Shown: positions 10,189 to 20,076, numbered from the stretch's first letter. The stretch: DNA of 64,000 nucleotides from Promethearchaeota archaeon (GCA_048938105.1 JBHLMN010000007.1:96001-160000), one strand, 5' to 3'. Translations and numbers: made by a program. The notes: generated by a model not told the origin, from the sequence alone.

Positions 10189-10956
10189 ATGATGGTGGAG
10201 TCAATTTTCAGTAATAGGAGAAGAAAGAAATTCAGAGGTCTATTAATTGTTATTATCTTATTCCTGTCCATTTTTCATTTTTTATCTTTTTCTCATATCT
10301 TCACTTCAACTGAAAGTAGTGAGGTTATAATTGCTTCTGTAAAACCCTCCAATTATATAAAATCAATGAAAGAATATTTTTCTCAAGACATTGATGGACT
10401 TAATCAAATACAAAATATATTGAAACTAGAAACTCTATCAAGTTTACAACTGATCTTTCTTGGAAAAGCTAGAATAGAGAATGATGTAAATAAGAGTCAA
10501 AATAAAGAAACTCCAACAAATCGATCAATCATCAAGCGAATCATTGAAGAAAGTCCAGGTATAACGCTTCGAAAAATTCAACGTGTAACTGGCCTCGCTA
10601 TCGGAGTTCTTCAGTATCATTTAAATCATTTAGAAACTACTGGAATAGAAACATTAAGGTTGGGCCGATGCAAACACTTCTTTTTAAGTCGATATAATTT
10701 TTCACTGAAGGAAAAAATGTGGTTAGCAGTTATACAGAATAAGAACGTTAAAATAATATTACAGTTTTTGAAATCAAGAGGAAATATCGGTCTTCAAAAA
10801 GACATCGTAAATTTTGCAGGAATCAGCAAGGTTATGGTTTCTTACTATGTTAAACAACTTGAAAAGCTCGGAATAATCAATCGTAATCATCATCGATTAA
10901 AAATCTCTGAAGATTACCTTTACATAATGGATAGGTTTACAGATTTCAAGAATTGA
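10189..10956 (+). CDS. Double winged-HTH transcriptional regulator (COG3398-like) with N-terminal signal/TM segment
   Basis: RSIIKRIIEESPGITLRKI...GVLQYHLNHLE and QKDIVNFAGISKVMVSYYVKQLEKLGII; N-terminal RRRKKFR followed by a hydrophobic stretch. Confidence 0.85.
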   Translation: MMVESIFSNRRRKKFRGLLIVIILFLSIFHFLSFSHIFTSTESSEVIIASVKPSNYIKSMKEYFSQDIDGLNQIQNILKLETLSSLQLIFLGKARIENDVNKSQNKETPTNRSIIKRIIEESPGITLRKIQRVTGLAIGVLQYHLNHLETTGIETLRLGRCKHFFLSRYNFSLKEKMWLAVIQNKNVKIILQFLKSRGNIGLQKDIVNFAGISKVMVSYYVKQLEKLGIINRNHHRLKISEDYLYIMDRFTDFKN

Positions 10957-11093
10957 TTATTTTTTTACAGATAGTTCTCAGAAGCTGTCAAAACAAAGAC
11001 CATAAATATTAGGGATAGATTCACTATCTTTATCTAAGATAGGATAGATTGAAAGACACGTTCTTGAATATCCTGAATTGCTTGGGGATACAA

Positions 11094-11471
11094 ATGACTT
11101 GCCCAGACTCCATAAAAGAATTAAAATTACTAGTCGCGGACTTTATTAACCGTAGAAACTGGAATAAATATCATACAGTAAAAAATTTAGCAATGTCCAT
11201 TTCTATCGAAGCTGCTGAGATAATGGAATTATTTCAATGGCTCACAACTGAAGAAGCAGCAGAGCAAATCAAAACAGATCTTAATCTCAAAACAAAGCTT
11301 GAAGATGAACTTGCAGATGTCCTGATTTATTGCTTAAGCTTAGGTTATCATGCGAAAATTGATCTCAATAAAGTAATACGAGAAAAATTAATTCGGAACG
11401 AAGACCGATTTCCAGTAGAAGTAGTTTCTGGCCAATTAGGTCCATACAGTCCTCATTCATCCAAAAAATGA
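11094..11471 (+). CDS. MazG-like nucleotide pyrophosphohydrolase (dCTPase family)
   Basis: RNWNKYHTVKNLAMSISIEAAEIMELFQW; ELADVLIY. ATG at 11094 preferred to the upstream TTG. Confidence 0.92.
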   Translation: MTCPDSIKELKLLVADFINRRNWNKYHTVKNLAMSISIEAAEIMELFQWLTTEEAAEQIKTDLNLKTKLEDELADVLIYCLSLGYHAKIDLNKVIREKLIRNEDRFPVEVVSGQLGPYSPHSSKK

Positions 11472-11487
11472 AGAAGAAGAATTAGCT

Positions 11488-12552
11488 TCAGCAAGTTCGA
11501 GGTTTTCGGAGATCATATTGTCTATAGGAGAAATCACGACTCTGAATCCATTCAACGATCCCTTTTAATGTTGATTGGAGGGATTTTCCTCGCCCACCTG
11601 CAGCTCTAGGATGACCTCCACCAGAATATTTACTTGCTATATAATCCACTCGATAACGCTCTAGTTCTGACTCGGGTAGTTGGGAATTAACCCTTAACGA
11701 AATTCCGGTAAATTGCTTACCTGGAAATAGTATACAGGAAATCTTTACCCCTTTTTCAAACAAGGTGTTTACTAAAGCGGATGTCATAATCCTCTCTTTC
11801 CCTTGGATAGTGATAATTACATCTGCAAACTCAAATTGATCTCCCAACTTAATACTCCTCTTCCTCAGTGTTCTCAAGCTCAATATCCTCTGCTGATACA
11901 GTTTATTAGTGAAAATTTCTAATTTTTGGTTTGATAAATCATGAAGAAGAGCAAGAACTTCTTCTACAGATTCAGGAGTATGACAAATGTCGTCTAAAAG
12001 CCACGCTTGCTCTTGATGAGTTGCTTCAAGAAAGTTTAGAGGAAAATCTTCTGGTGGAGGTAAAGTAAAACTAGCTGTATCAGTAATAGATGTCAAATCA
12101 GCTAATAACTTTAGATTTGCAGGTAAACAATCATTAAAATGCTTTGATAACAGTGAAGCCGTGCTGGGGGCATTCTCATCAAAAAGAACAATATTTGCTC
12201 TTTTCGTTATAGATTTATTTGATGAATGGTGATCACAATAAAGAACAACTTCTGATTCATTGAAAGGAGGAAGATCAACGATAGCAAGCCAATTTAAGGC
12301 TTTAAGTAAAACACCAAATTCTGGATGACGAAGTTCCTGAAATCCTAGCGGAATGAATACTGCATCTTGAAATTCTTTCAAAGATTTTAAAATAACAGCT
12401 GAGATAATACCATCCGCATCCACAGCATGAAATGCAACCTTGGGTTTAGGTAAGAGAGATAAGGAATGTATAAAACGGAAATCTCTCTTCATCTCATTTG
12501 AAAAATCGGCAATGAAACTTTCCATATCAAATAATAGCGCCATTGATTTCAC
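11488..12552 (-). CDS. DHH/DHHA1 family phosphoesterase (NrnA-like)
   Basis: HAVDADG, VDLP, DHH, GGGHPRAAG. Confidence 0.88.
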   Translation of the reverse strand: MKSMALLFDMESFIADFSNEMKRDFRFIHSLSLLPKPKVAFHAVDADGIISAVILKSLKEFQDAVFIPLGFQELRHPEFGVLLKALNWLAIVDLPPFNESEVVLYCDHHSSNKSITKRANIVLFDENAPSTASLLSKHFNDCLPANLKLLADLTSITDTASFTLPPPEDFPLNFLEATHQEQAWLLDDICHTPESVEEVLALLHDLSNQKLEIFTNKLYQQRILSLRTLRKRSIKLGDQFEFADVIITIQGKERIMTSALVNTLFEKGVKISCILFPGKQFTGISLRVNSQLPESELERYRVDYIASKYSGGGHPRAAGGRGKSLQSTLKGIVEWIQSRDFSYRQYDLRKPRTC

Positions 12553-12594
12553 TTACTTAGGTCTATCCTGTTTAAGTTCTCTAGAAACACATGA

Positions 12595-13239
12595 TCACAA
12601 AGCGATTATTCTCTTGAAAGAGATATTTCTTTTCTCAAGGAAATCAAGAGCTAGAGCTGTGTTTCCTAAACTATCTCTATGATGAGCATCAGAACCTATA
12701 GAGAACCAGTATTCATCATCGAGATAATCAAACCATCTATCCATGTAATTTCCATAACCTGTGTTTAATTCGACTATGATTTCAAATTCACGTATTTTAT
12801 CTAGCACATAATTCACTTTTGATTCTGGTACACGAGTAAAGCGTGTGTGAGCTAACCCCACATTATATTCTGGATTCTTTCTTTTGAAATTCAGAACCTG
12901 TCGGAATTTTTTCTCCCAAGATGACTGCGCTAGAACGTATTCAAATAGAATCAAATCCCATTCAAAGGCTTCGAGGGAATTTAAGGATATAATTGAAGAG
13001 GTATCTACCTCTATGCCAATAAAAACCTTTGTCGCCGAAGGATGACTCCGTATTTCATCAAGTGTAGTGAAATATTCATCTAAATCCAAATCTGAAAGGG
13101 CTGGTTTCCAGGTAGAGTAATGATCAGTGATACATATTTCTTGAATTCCTCTTTCTGTGCTAGCTGAAATCATCTCTCGAGGACTGAAAAAACCATCAGA
13201 GAACGATGTATGGATGTGATAATCGATGATTCTAGCCAT
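12595..13239 (-). CDS. PHP-domain phosphoesterase
   Basis: DYHIHTSFSDG, ITDH, GIEVD, LAH, ELN, GSDAH. Confidence 0.92.
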   Translation of the reverse strand: MARIIDYHIHTSFSDGFFSPREMISASTERGIQEICITDHYSTWKPALSDLDLDEYFTTLDEIRSHPSATKVFIGIEVDTSSIISLNSLEAFEWDLILFEYVLAQSSWEKKFRQVLNFKRKNPEYNVGLAHTRFTRVPESKVNYVLDKIREFEIIVELNTGYGNYMDRWFDYLDDEYWFSIGSDAHHRDSLGNTALALDFLEKRNISFKRIIAL

Positions 13240-13402
13240 TTGTTTTCTAGCATTTTCTTGTGTAAAAGTATTTTATCTTTTTGGGGTAGACGCTATTTTC
13301 AGATACTCAGATCCTAATGGTTATTTCATAAACACAATATGTAAATAGAGATCCATACATTAGTTTTTGATGCCATGATCCGATTTTTGGAGGATTAAAA
13401 CG

Positions 13403-14167
13403 ATTTCTAAACTAGCAGTCCTGATAGATCCCAACAAAGGTGAAGCAACGGAACGGATGTTTCAGGCATTAAAAGGAATTTTAACAGAATGCGAGGATTC
13501 GACAAAACTTCCTCTAGAGATCTGGGTTGGGGACAGTTCTGAGATTTACAGAGGAGTTCATCGTTATTTAAAGAGACTTCACCAATTAGAAATCCAACTT
13601 CCCCCTGTAGTTATATTTCCTGGTCACCCTTTACAGATTTCGTCTTTAGCTGACTATATCCAAATGCCTACCCTTCTTAATACTTATAGGTTCAGGATCA
13701 AGGTAGTACTCAAGTTAGGGAAAAAATATCATTGGTTGATGAAATGGTGTAGAAGACCTCTTGGTAAACATTGGCCTATTGATCGTAAATATGGATACAT
13801 GGTTCTTAGTCCTCAATCATCCGTGGGTAAAAAGCTCCATGCTAAAGAATTATCTGATGAACAGGCATATGAAGAAATAACTGATAAATGGAGGGATTAT
13901 TGGTCAATGATCTATCTTGAAGCAGGCTCAGGGCGGTTTGGTGCTTCAATAGCAGAGCGATTGGATTTAGTAAGAAAAGTAAAAGAATTTGCTTATGAAA
14001 AAAAAGCAACTTTAATTACTGGAGGAGGTATCCGTACAAAAGCTCAAGTTGAGGACTTGGTTGATGCAGGATCCGATTTAATTGTAGTATCAACTGTACT
14101 AGAGCAATCAAAAGATCCTAAAGAATTAATGGAACAGTTTCTTGATGCAGTTGGCAAAACCAAATAA
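13403..14167 (+). CDS. Geranylgeranylglyceryl-phosphate synthase (PcrB/GGGPS) family, divergent; probable non-AUG start
   Basis: LIDPNK lies in frame upstream of the first ATG (13457); FPG, YLEAGSG, GGGIRT. Confidence 0.8.
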   Translation: MSKLAVLIDPNKGEATERMFQALKGILTECEDSTKLPLEIWVGDSSEIYRGVHRYLKRLHQLEIQLPPVVIFPGHPLQISSLADYIQMPTLLNTYRFRIKVVLKLGKKYHWLMKWCRRPLGKHWPIDRKYGYMVLSPQSSVGKKLHAKELSDEQAYEEITDKWRDYWSMIYLEAGSGRFGASIAERLDLVRKVKEFAYEKKATLITGGGIRTKAQVEDLVDAGSDLIVVSTVLEQSKDPKELMEQFLDAVGKTK

Positions 14168-14500
14168 GGATCTCTTTGATTACACTCGATAAAGGCTAAT
14201 ATCTTAGATTCTTCAATTTTTTTCGAGTTTTTGAATCAAAAGGAGGTTTTATCTCCTTCATAATTCTGAGGTCAAATTTAGAATGGACTCCTAAGATGGG
14301 AAGAAGTCCAGGTTTTTTCCGTTTGAGTTTCTTCTTTCTTTTTGATGGGAGTAAATATTTCTTTCCTTGCCTCAAATAGAGACCTCACTCTTGTATTTCT
14401 ATATTCTAGCTATCTAACAATGAGTGATATATTTTCGATTTATAAAATCCTAACTAAATATATAATATTTTATATTTCGGAAGTATATAACTCCTAATTG

Positions 14501-15034
14501 CTATTCCAGCTTTTTTCCATATTCAAATAGATTTCCCACGTCATAAATATCTAATTGAACCTTTGATAGGGGAGTGGCTACTTTTAAGGGTTGATTCTTG
14601 GAAATATTAACGATTTCTCCTGTTTTTAAATTAACTTTAATCTTGTCACCTGTTTCAATGTTATCAGACATAATTTCTGAAGCCACCATAAGAGGTAAGC
14701 CTGAATTAATGGTGTTCCGTTTATAGATCGCTCCAAAAGACTCCCCAATGATCATTTGGACACCAAGGGCTCGAAAACAATCAACAGCTTGCTGTCTGCT
14801 ACTTCCAGCACCAAAATTCATACCAACAATTAGAATATCCCCAGATTTTGCCTTATCAGAAAAGTCTTGCCATCCTTGGAGATTACCAAAGGTATATTGG
14901 CCCATTTCATTGATGTCAGTAATATGTAAATGCTTATTGTGAAAAATCATGTCTGTATCTATATCGTCAATGGATTTTCCCTTGCTGTCCTTTATTACCA
15001 TTGCTCTTCCTTCAAGAATAATAGGTTTTTTCAT
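14501..15034 (-). CDS. leuD: 3-isopropylmalate dehydratase/homoaconitase-family small subunit (copy 1)
   Basis: DIDTDMIF, NFGAGSSRQQA, SFGAIYKRNTINSGLP; start at MKKPII. Confidence 0.88.
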   Translation of the reverse strand: MKKPIILEGRAMVIKDSKGKSIDDIDTDMIFHNKHLHITDINEMGQYTFGNLQGWQDFSDKAKSGDILIVGMNFGAGSSRQQAVDCFRALGVQMIIGESFGAIYKRNTINSGLPLMVASEIMSDNIETGDKIKVNLKTGEIVNISKNQPLKVATPLSKVQLDIYDVGNLFEYGKKLE

Positions 15035-15056
15035 TTTTTCACCTCTAAACTCATCA

Positions 15057-16310
15057 TTATAATTCTGGAACTGATATCTCACCAGCTAAAGCAGATGCAG
15101 CAGCAGTAGCTGGAGATGCCAAATATGTATCTCCTGAACCTTGTTTACCAGCAAAATTACGATTTCCAGTAGATATTTGCACCTCACCTTTTCCAGTCAT
15201 CCCAACTTGACCTGCAGCACAGCCACCACACCCTGGGTTGGTAATGATAGCACCAGCTTCATATAGAATAGTGATAAGACCATCATTCAATAATTGTCCA
15301 TAAACTTCTTTTGTAGCAGGGACAATCTTCATCATGACGTTTGGATGAATCTTTTTATTCTTGAGTATTCTTGCTACAATAGAGATATCTTCATATCGAC
15401 CATTAGTACAACTAGCGACAACTACAGAGTCAACTGGCGTTCCAGTAACTTCAGCAACAGGTTTAACATTAGCTGGGGAAGGTGGTAAAGCAATTAATGG
15501 TTCAAGACCTGAAAAATCGAATTTTAATTTTTCAATGTACTCCACATCTGTGTCTGATTCATATACAGGGAATTCACGACCACTTCGTTCTTTACAGTAT
15601 TGAATGACCTTTTCATCAGGGTGAATCAGTCCAATAATACCCCCCATTTCGGTAACCATTGATGCAAGGGTTATTCTTCCAGCTAAATCAAGGGATTCGA
15701 CAGTATTTCCATAAAATTCGATCGATTTTCCTAGGGCTCCCTTGGAACCAATCTGTTGAAGAACCCCAAGAGTCACATCCTTAGCAGAGGCGTTTCTTGC
15801 AGGTTTGCCTTCAATAGTGATAGTCATTGATTCGGGTACTTCAAACCAAGTTTTACCAGTCTTAAATGCGAAAGCAATATCCTGATCACCCATGCCTTGA
15901 CCAAAAGAGCCAATAGCCCCAAGTATGTTCAAATGTGAATCCGTTCCAACAACAGTGCTGCCAGGAATAGCTATACCTTTTTCAATCATAACATGGGATC
16001 CAATACCTGCGTCAACATCATAAAGATTTTCACGGGCCAATTGATTCCGAGCAAAAACGCGTGAAATATGTTGGTTTTCCGCATAACCAATGGTTTTTGC
16101 TGGAACAACGCAATCAAAAGTAAAGAAAGTTTTCTTCGGATCAGCTACTTGAGGTTCATTTGGGTAATATTTTTCTAAATTCTTGACAACATTAGCGCCA
16201 CCAAAATCTCTTGCAGATCTAACATCAATTTCCAACCAAACGATACTTCCTGGAGTAACATCCTCTGCTGTGTGGTTTGCAATGATTTTCTCGATGATAG
16301 TTTTTCCCAT
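15057..16310 (-). CDS. leuC: 3-isopropylmalate dehydratase/homoaconitase-family large subunit (copy 1)
   Basis: GTDSH, SCTNGR, CGGC (4Fe-4S ligands), STGNRNFAGKQG; start at MGKTIIEKI. Confidence 0.9.
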   Translation of the reverse strand: MGKTIIEKIIANHTAEDVTPGSIVWLEIDVRSARDFGGANVVKNLEKYYPNEPQVADPKKTFFTFDCVVPAKTIGYAENQHISRVFARNQLARENLYDVDAGIGSHVMIEKGIAIPGSTVVGTDSHLNILGAIGSFGQGMGDQDIAFAFKTGKTWFEVPESMTITIEGKPARNASAKDVTLGVLQQIGSKGALGKSIEFYGNTVESLDLAGRITLASMVTEMGGIIGLIHPDEKVIQYCKERSGREFPVYESDTDVEYIEKLKFDFSGLEPLIALPPSPANVKPVAEVTGTPVDSVVVASCTNGRYEDISIVARILKNKKIHPNVMMKIVPATKEVYGQLLNDGLITILYEAGAIITNPGCGGCAAGQVGMTGKGEVQISTGNRNFAGKQGSGDTYLASPATAAASALAGEISVPEL

Positions 16311-16599
16311 CAGTTTGTACACCTTTTTATTATTGGTAATAAGCAACGATAAAAGGAATAATCGTGAAATCGCCTATAAATCATCAACATATCATTTTGT
16401 AGTTTCGATTATAAATTTCATTGAATCAGCAAATCAAGGATAAGAATCTCTATTCATCTAAAAAACACAAGTAACACTATTACGAAACTCAAAAGGGGGA
16501 AAACATAAGGAGTTGATTTTAGTTTTCTATTGAAATTACATTCCCGAATACATATAATTATATATTAAAAGATATATCAATAATCGAAAACTTGCTAAG

Positions 16600-16833
16600 T
16601 TGAAATTGGAAGCTATCAAAGTGACGCTTGAAATCAAAGAGGACACTAATCTTCATCGTAAGGCCGAAATGGAGTTAGTCTGTCCCTGGTGTCATACTCA
16701 TAGCATTACTACCATTATTAACCATGGTACACTTCGTTTGAGATGCACTGATTGTGGGATGGATGCATTTATAACTAGAATCCCACGAAATAAGAAATTA
16801 TCTGATTACATTTCCCGTCGTTTAATTTCGTGA
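16600..16833 (+). CDS. Small zinc-ribbon protein (start may be 16669)
   Basis: CPWC-x15-CTDC, basic C-terminus. Confidence 0.6.
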   Translation: MKLEAIKVTLEIKEDTNLHRKAEMELVCPWCHTHSITTIINHGTLRLRCTDCGMDAFITRIPRNKKLSDYISRRLIS

Positions 16834-16844
16834 TGACTTATCCT

Positions 16845-16891
16845 AATAATAAGGTTTCTTATTTAGTCATTGAGAGTACACTCTCTTCAAT
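16845..16891. promoter_or_regulatory. Two adjacent inverted repeats upstream of leuC copy 2
   Basis: AATAAG-gttt-CTTATT and GAGAGT-ac-ACTCTC. Confidence 0.35.
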
Positions 16892-16940
16892 AAAGAATTT
16901 AACTCATTCAACTATTCTGTAACTGAAGAGGAATTTAGCA

Positions 16941-18203
16941 ATGACTGGACAGACACTCATTCAGAAAATTCTTGCAAGAGCTGCAGGGAAAGAAACAGAA
17001 GGGGTATCCGAAAATGAGATAGTATTTGTTTCTCCCCATATGATTCTTAGTCATGATAATTCTGCTGCTATTTCAAAAACTTTCTATCAAATTACAGGAT
17101 CTGATGGTAAAGTTTGGGATCCAAATAAGATTTTCATTGACCTAGACCACGCGGTTCCTCCACCTGATTATAAGAAGGCAGAGAATCATAAAATAATCAG
17201 AGAATTTGTAAAAAAGCAAGGAATAAAACATTTTTATGATTGTGGGACAGGGATTTGTCATCAAGTTCTTCCCGAAGAAGGTTTAGTTCCTCCAAACGTT
17301 GTGATTCTAGGTTCTGATTCTCATACAACGACTCATGGAGCATTTGGGGCTGCTGGCATACCAATAGGTCGTACTGAAACAGCATCGGTATGGGCAATTG
17401 GAGAAACATGGCTTAAAGTCCCTGAAACGCTTAAAATTAACTTGAATAACTATTTACCTAAAGAAGTATTTGCAAAAGATGTCATTTTAGATATTATTGG
17501 ACAAATTTCGGCTGATGGAGCTACATACAAATCAATAGAGTTTTATGGAAAAGCTGTAGAGAAATTGTCTATCAGTGATCGAATGACGATCAGTAATATG
17601 TCAGCAGAGGCAGGGGCAAAAGCCGGGATCTTTCCAATTGACAAAGTTACTGATACTTGGAACAAACAGTTTGATTTTACTTATGAAAAACTTGAAGCTG
17701 ACGATGATGCGAGCTATGAACAAGAGCTCTCTTTTGATCTTGCTAACCTGACACCAAGGGTAGCAAAACCTCACAAAGTTGACAATGTTGTTCCTATCGA
17801 AGATCTACCAAAAACCAAAATAGATGTCGCACTTCTTGGTACGTGCACAAATGGTAGAATCGAAGACCTCCGAATTGCAGCAAAAATTCTAAAAGATAAA
17901 AAAGTTCATTCTAATATCAGACTACTTATTTATCCAGCTTCAAGAAGGATTCTTAATCAAACAATTAAAGAAGGGATTATGGAAATTTTTGTAGAAGCTG
18001 AAGGCCAAATAGGAGTACCAGCCTGTGGGCCCTGTTTAGGGGAGTATGGTGGAACCCTAGCTCCAGGAGAAACAGCCATTTCAACGGCAAATAGGAACTT
18101 CAGAGGGAGAATGGGAACTAGAGATGCTGAAATTTATCTAGCCAATCCTGCAGTGGTTGCTAAATCAGCAATAGCAGGGTATATTACTAATGAGGAGGTC
18201 TAA
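16941..18203 (+). CDS. leuC: 3-isopropylmalate dehydratase/homoaconitase-family large subunit (copy 2)
   Basis: SHDN, LDH, GICHQV, GSDSHT, TCTNGR, CGPCLG, NRNFRGRMG. Confidence 0.93.
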   Translation: MTGQTLIQKILARAAGKETEGVSENEIVFVSPHMILSHDNSAAISKTFYQITGSDGKVWDPNKIFIDLDHAVPPPDYKKAENHKIIREFVKKQGIKHFYDCGTGICHQVLPEEGLVPPNVVILGSDSHTTTHGAFGAAGIPIGRTETASVWAIGETWLKVPETLKINLNNYLPKEVFAKDVILDIIGQISADGATYKSIEFYGKAVEKLSISDRMTISNMSAEAGAKAGIFPIDKVTDTWNKQFDFTYEKLEADDDASYEQELSFDLANLTPRVAKPHKVDNVVPIEDLPKTKIDVALLGTCTNGRIEDLRIAAKILKDKKVHSNIRLLIYPASRRILNQTIKEGIMEIFVEAEGQIGVPACGPCLGEYGGTLAPGETAISTANRNFRGRMGTRDAEIYLANPAVVAKSAIAGYITNEEV

Positions 18204-18208
18204 AAACT

Positions 18209-18721
18209 ATGAAATTTGAAGGAAAAATGTGGATCTTCCCTGATGATGACATTAATACAGATGTTATTTTCCCTGGGAAATATACGTACGAGCCCCTAAC
18301 TCCTGAACAAATGGCAAAATATGCCATGGAGGATTACGATCCCAACTTTGCAAAACAGGTTTCTAGGGGTGATATTATTGTTTCGGGGAAGAATTTTGGA
18401 TGTGGTAGTAGCCGTGAACAAGCTGTAATCTGCTTGGTAACAGCTGGGGTAGGTTGTGTTATTGCTAAATCTTTTGCACGAATATATTACAGAAATGCAA
18501 TAAATCAAGCTCTACCACTTGTTATTTCACCAGAATGTTCTGATTTCGTTATAGAGAATAAAAATACGCTTGATAACGAAAAAATTTTAGTAGATTTTGA
18601 TGTGGGTATCATTAAACTCCAAGCGAAGGAATTTCACTTCCCTAAACTTGATAGTCAAGCCTTGGAAATCTTTAAAGCTGGAGGGTTAGTAGAGTATACA
18701 CGTAATCGTTTAAAGAAATAA
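18209..18721 (+). CDS. leuD: 3-isopropylmalate dehydratase/homoaconitase-family small subunit (copy 2)
   Basis: INTDVIFPGKY, NFGCGSSREQA, SFARIYYRNAIN. Confidence 0.93.
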   Translation: MKFEGKMWIFPDDDINTDVIFPGKYTYEPLTPEQMAKYAMEDYDPNFAKQVSRGDIIVSGKNFGCGSSREQAVICLVTAGVGCVIAKSFARIYYRNAINQALPLVISPECSDFVIENKNTLDNEKILVDFDVGIIKLQAKEFHFPKLDSQALEIFKAGGLVEYTRNRLKK

Positions 18722-18783
18722 TCTTTTTCATTAAAGAAAGAAATAGGATGATGAAATGAGAGTTGATAATAAAGCTCTATCAA

Positions 18784-20076
18784 TCATCCTTTTTTAGGCG
18801 TAATATCGACTAATTCATAGTCTCGAGATCCAATGCCTTGCGCAAAAGCTGCTGCAAGTTGCGTTTCTGCAATAATTGGTCGAGATTTAGGATCTACGAA
18901 ACAACTTAATAGACCAAATTTTTGAGTACCAGATTCCATCACTTCAGGAATAGGATCAATTCTTCCATGTGGAGAATCCAGTCCAGTTTCAGCTGGAGAT
19001 TCAGGTACCCCTGGTGCTTTTGTAACAAGATCAACACATGCTTGATCAATCGCGATTGGATCGTTTGAATATAGGATCCCCTGATCAGGTACTAAAAGAC
19101 TACCACCTGCACTCGCACAATCGCAATGACTCGTAATATCTATTGCGATGTTAATATAACGGAGCCTTTCTTCACCATCGCTGTTTATTCCTTTCACTAC
19201 TCCAGCTGCGTTGTCCATCATTCGTTCTACCTGCTCAACACTAGGAATTTGGCGCTTTACTGCAAAAATACGCTTCGCTTCTAACTCCTTTGGTAGAATT
19301 CCATAATGACACTTTGCAAAACACATTGTACAGGCTATACATTTATCAGGGTCATGTACTATCTTCTTATTCTCATCTAATGAAAGAGCTTGTGTTGGAC
19401 AAATCCTGATACATTTCCCACAGCCAGTACAATTCTCTGGTCTTTTGACATAGATATTCTGTCCTCCACCCCAATGAGCTCCACCCTTTCCCTCATTACC
19501 AACGCAACCAATTCCCAATTGCTTGAGAGCACCCCCAAATCCAGCACCATCATGTCCCTTGAAGCGTGCTACAATGAGAGTTTTATCTGCCATTCTCAAT
19601 CCCATCGCTAACGCAACATCTTTGATGTACTTCCCTTTTTCGTTATGTACTCTGAAAACCTCTGTTCCTATGATACCATCGTCCATAACAACAGGAGCAT
19701 TCAGAGATCCAATGTTGAACCCATTTCTATTTGCTAAGTATACAAATCCAGGGCCATTCGACATAGTTGCTTCTTTGTGACGTTCATCCCAGAATAACCC
19801 AACTCCTTCACAAACCCAGGGTATTCCTCCAGCTTCACGAACTAAATCTACAACTTTTCTAATGTACATTGGACGAAGATGTCGAGTTTGATTTCTACTT
19901 CCGAAGTGAGTCTTGATAGCGACTATTTCTTCTTCTTTTATCCAATCTTTCAATCCTACATCGACATGGTTCCACAAGTGTTCTAAACGATCTATAAGCG
20001 AGTCTCCCATTCCTATCCCTTTTGTATTGACCATAAACACTTTTGTTTTACTCACAATTCTCACAACATATTTCAA
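18784..20076 (-). CDS. DUF362-family Fe-S protein with inserted 2x[4Fe-4S] ferredoxin domain
   Basis: AIKTHFG, FKGH..AGFGGALKQLGIGC, CTGCGKCIRICP, CIACTMCFAKC, CDC, DPIAIDQA. Confidence 0.88.
   Translation of the reverse strand: MKYVVRIVSKTKVFMVNTKGIGMGDSLIDRLEHLWNHVDVGLKDWIKEEEIVAIKTHFGSRNQTRHLRPMYIRKVVDLVREAGGIPWVCEGVGLFWDERHKEATMSNGPGFVYLANRNGFNIGSLNAPVVMDDGIIGTEVFRVHNEKGKYIKDVALAMGLRMADKTLIVARFKGHDGAGFGGALKQLGIGCVGNEGKGGAHWGGGQNIYVKRPENCTGCGKCIRICPTQALSLDENKKIVHDPDKCIACTMCFAKCHYGILPKELEAKRIFAVKRQIPSVEQVERMMDNAAGVVKGINSDGEERLRYINIAIDITSHCDCASAGGSLLVPDQGILYSNDPIAIDQACVDLVTKAPGVPESPAETGLDSPHGRIDPIPEVMESGTQKFGLLSCFVDPKSRPIIAETQLAAAFAQGIGSRDYELVDITPKKG

Noticed and set aside
14168-14500. Lys-rich open stretch on the minus strand between GGGPS and leuD
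   Set aside because: No convincing start, interrupted by stops, no recognisable motif.
16600-16833. Zn-ribbon ORF as LysW carrier for AAA lysine synthesis
   Set aside because: Lacks the acidic C-terminal EDWGE motif; the tail is basic.
14501-18721. Confident assignment to leucine or lysine biosynthesis
   Set aside because: Specificity loops match neither reference pattern and no synthase or pathway genes are adjacent; the leuC/leuD symbols denote family only.
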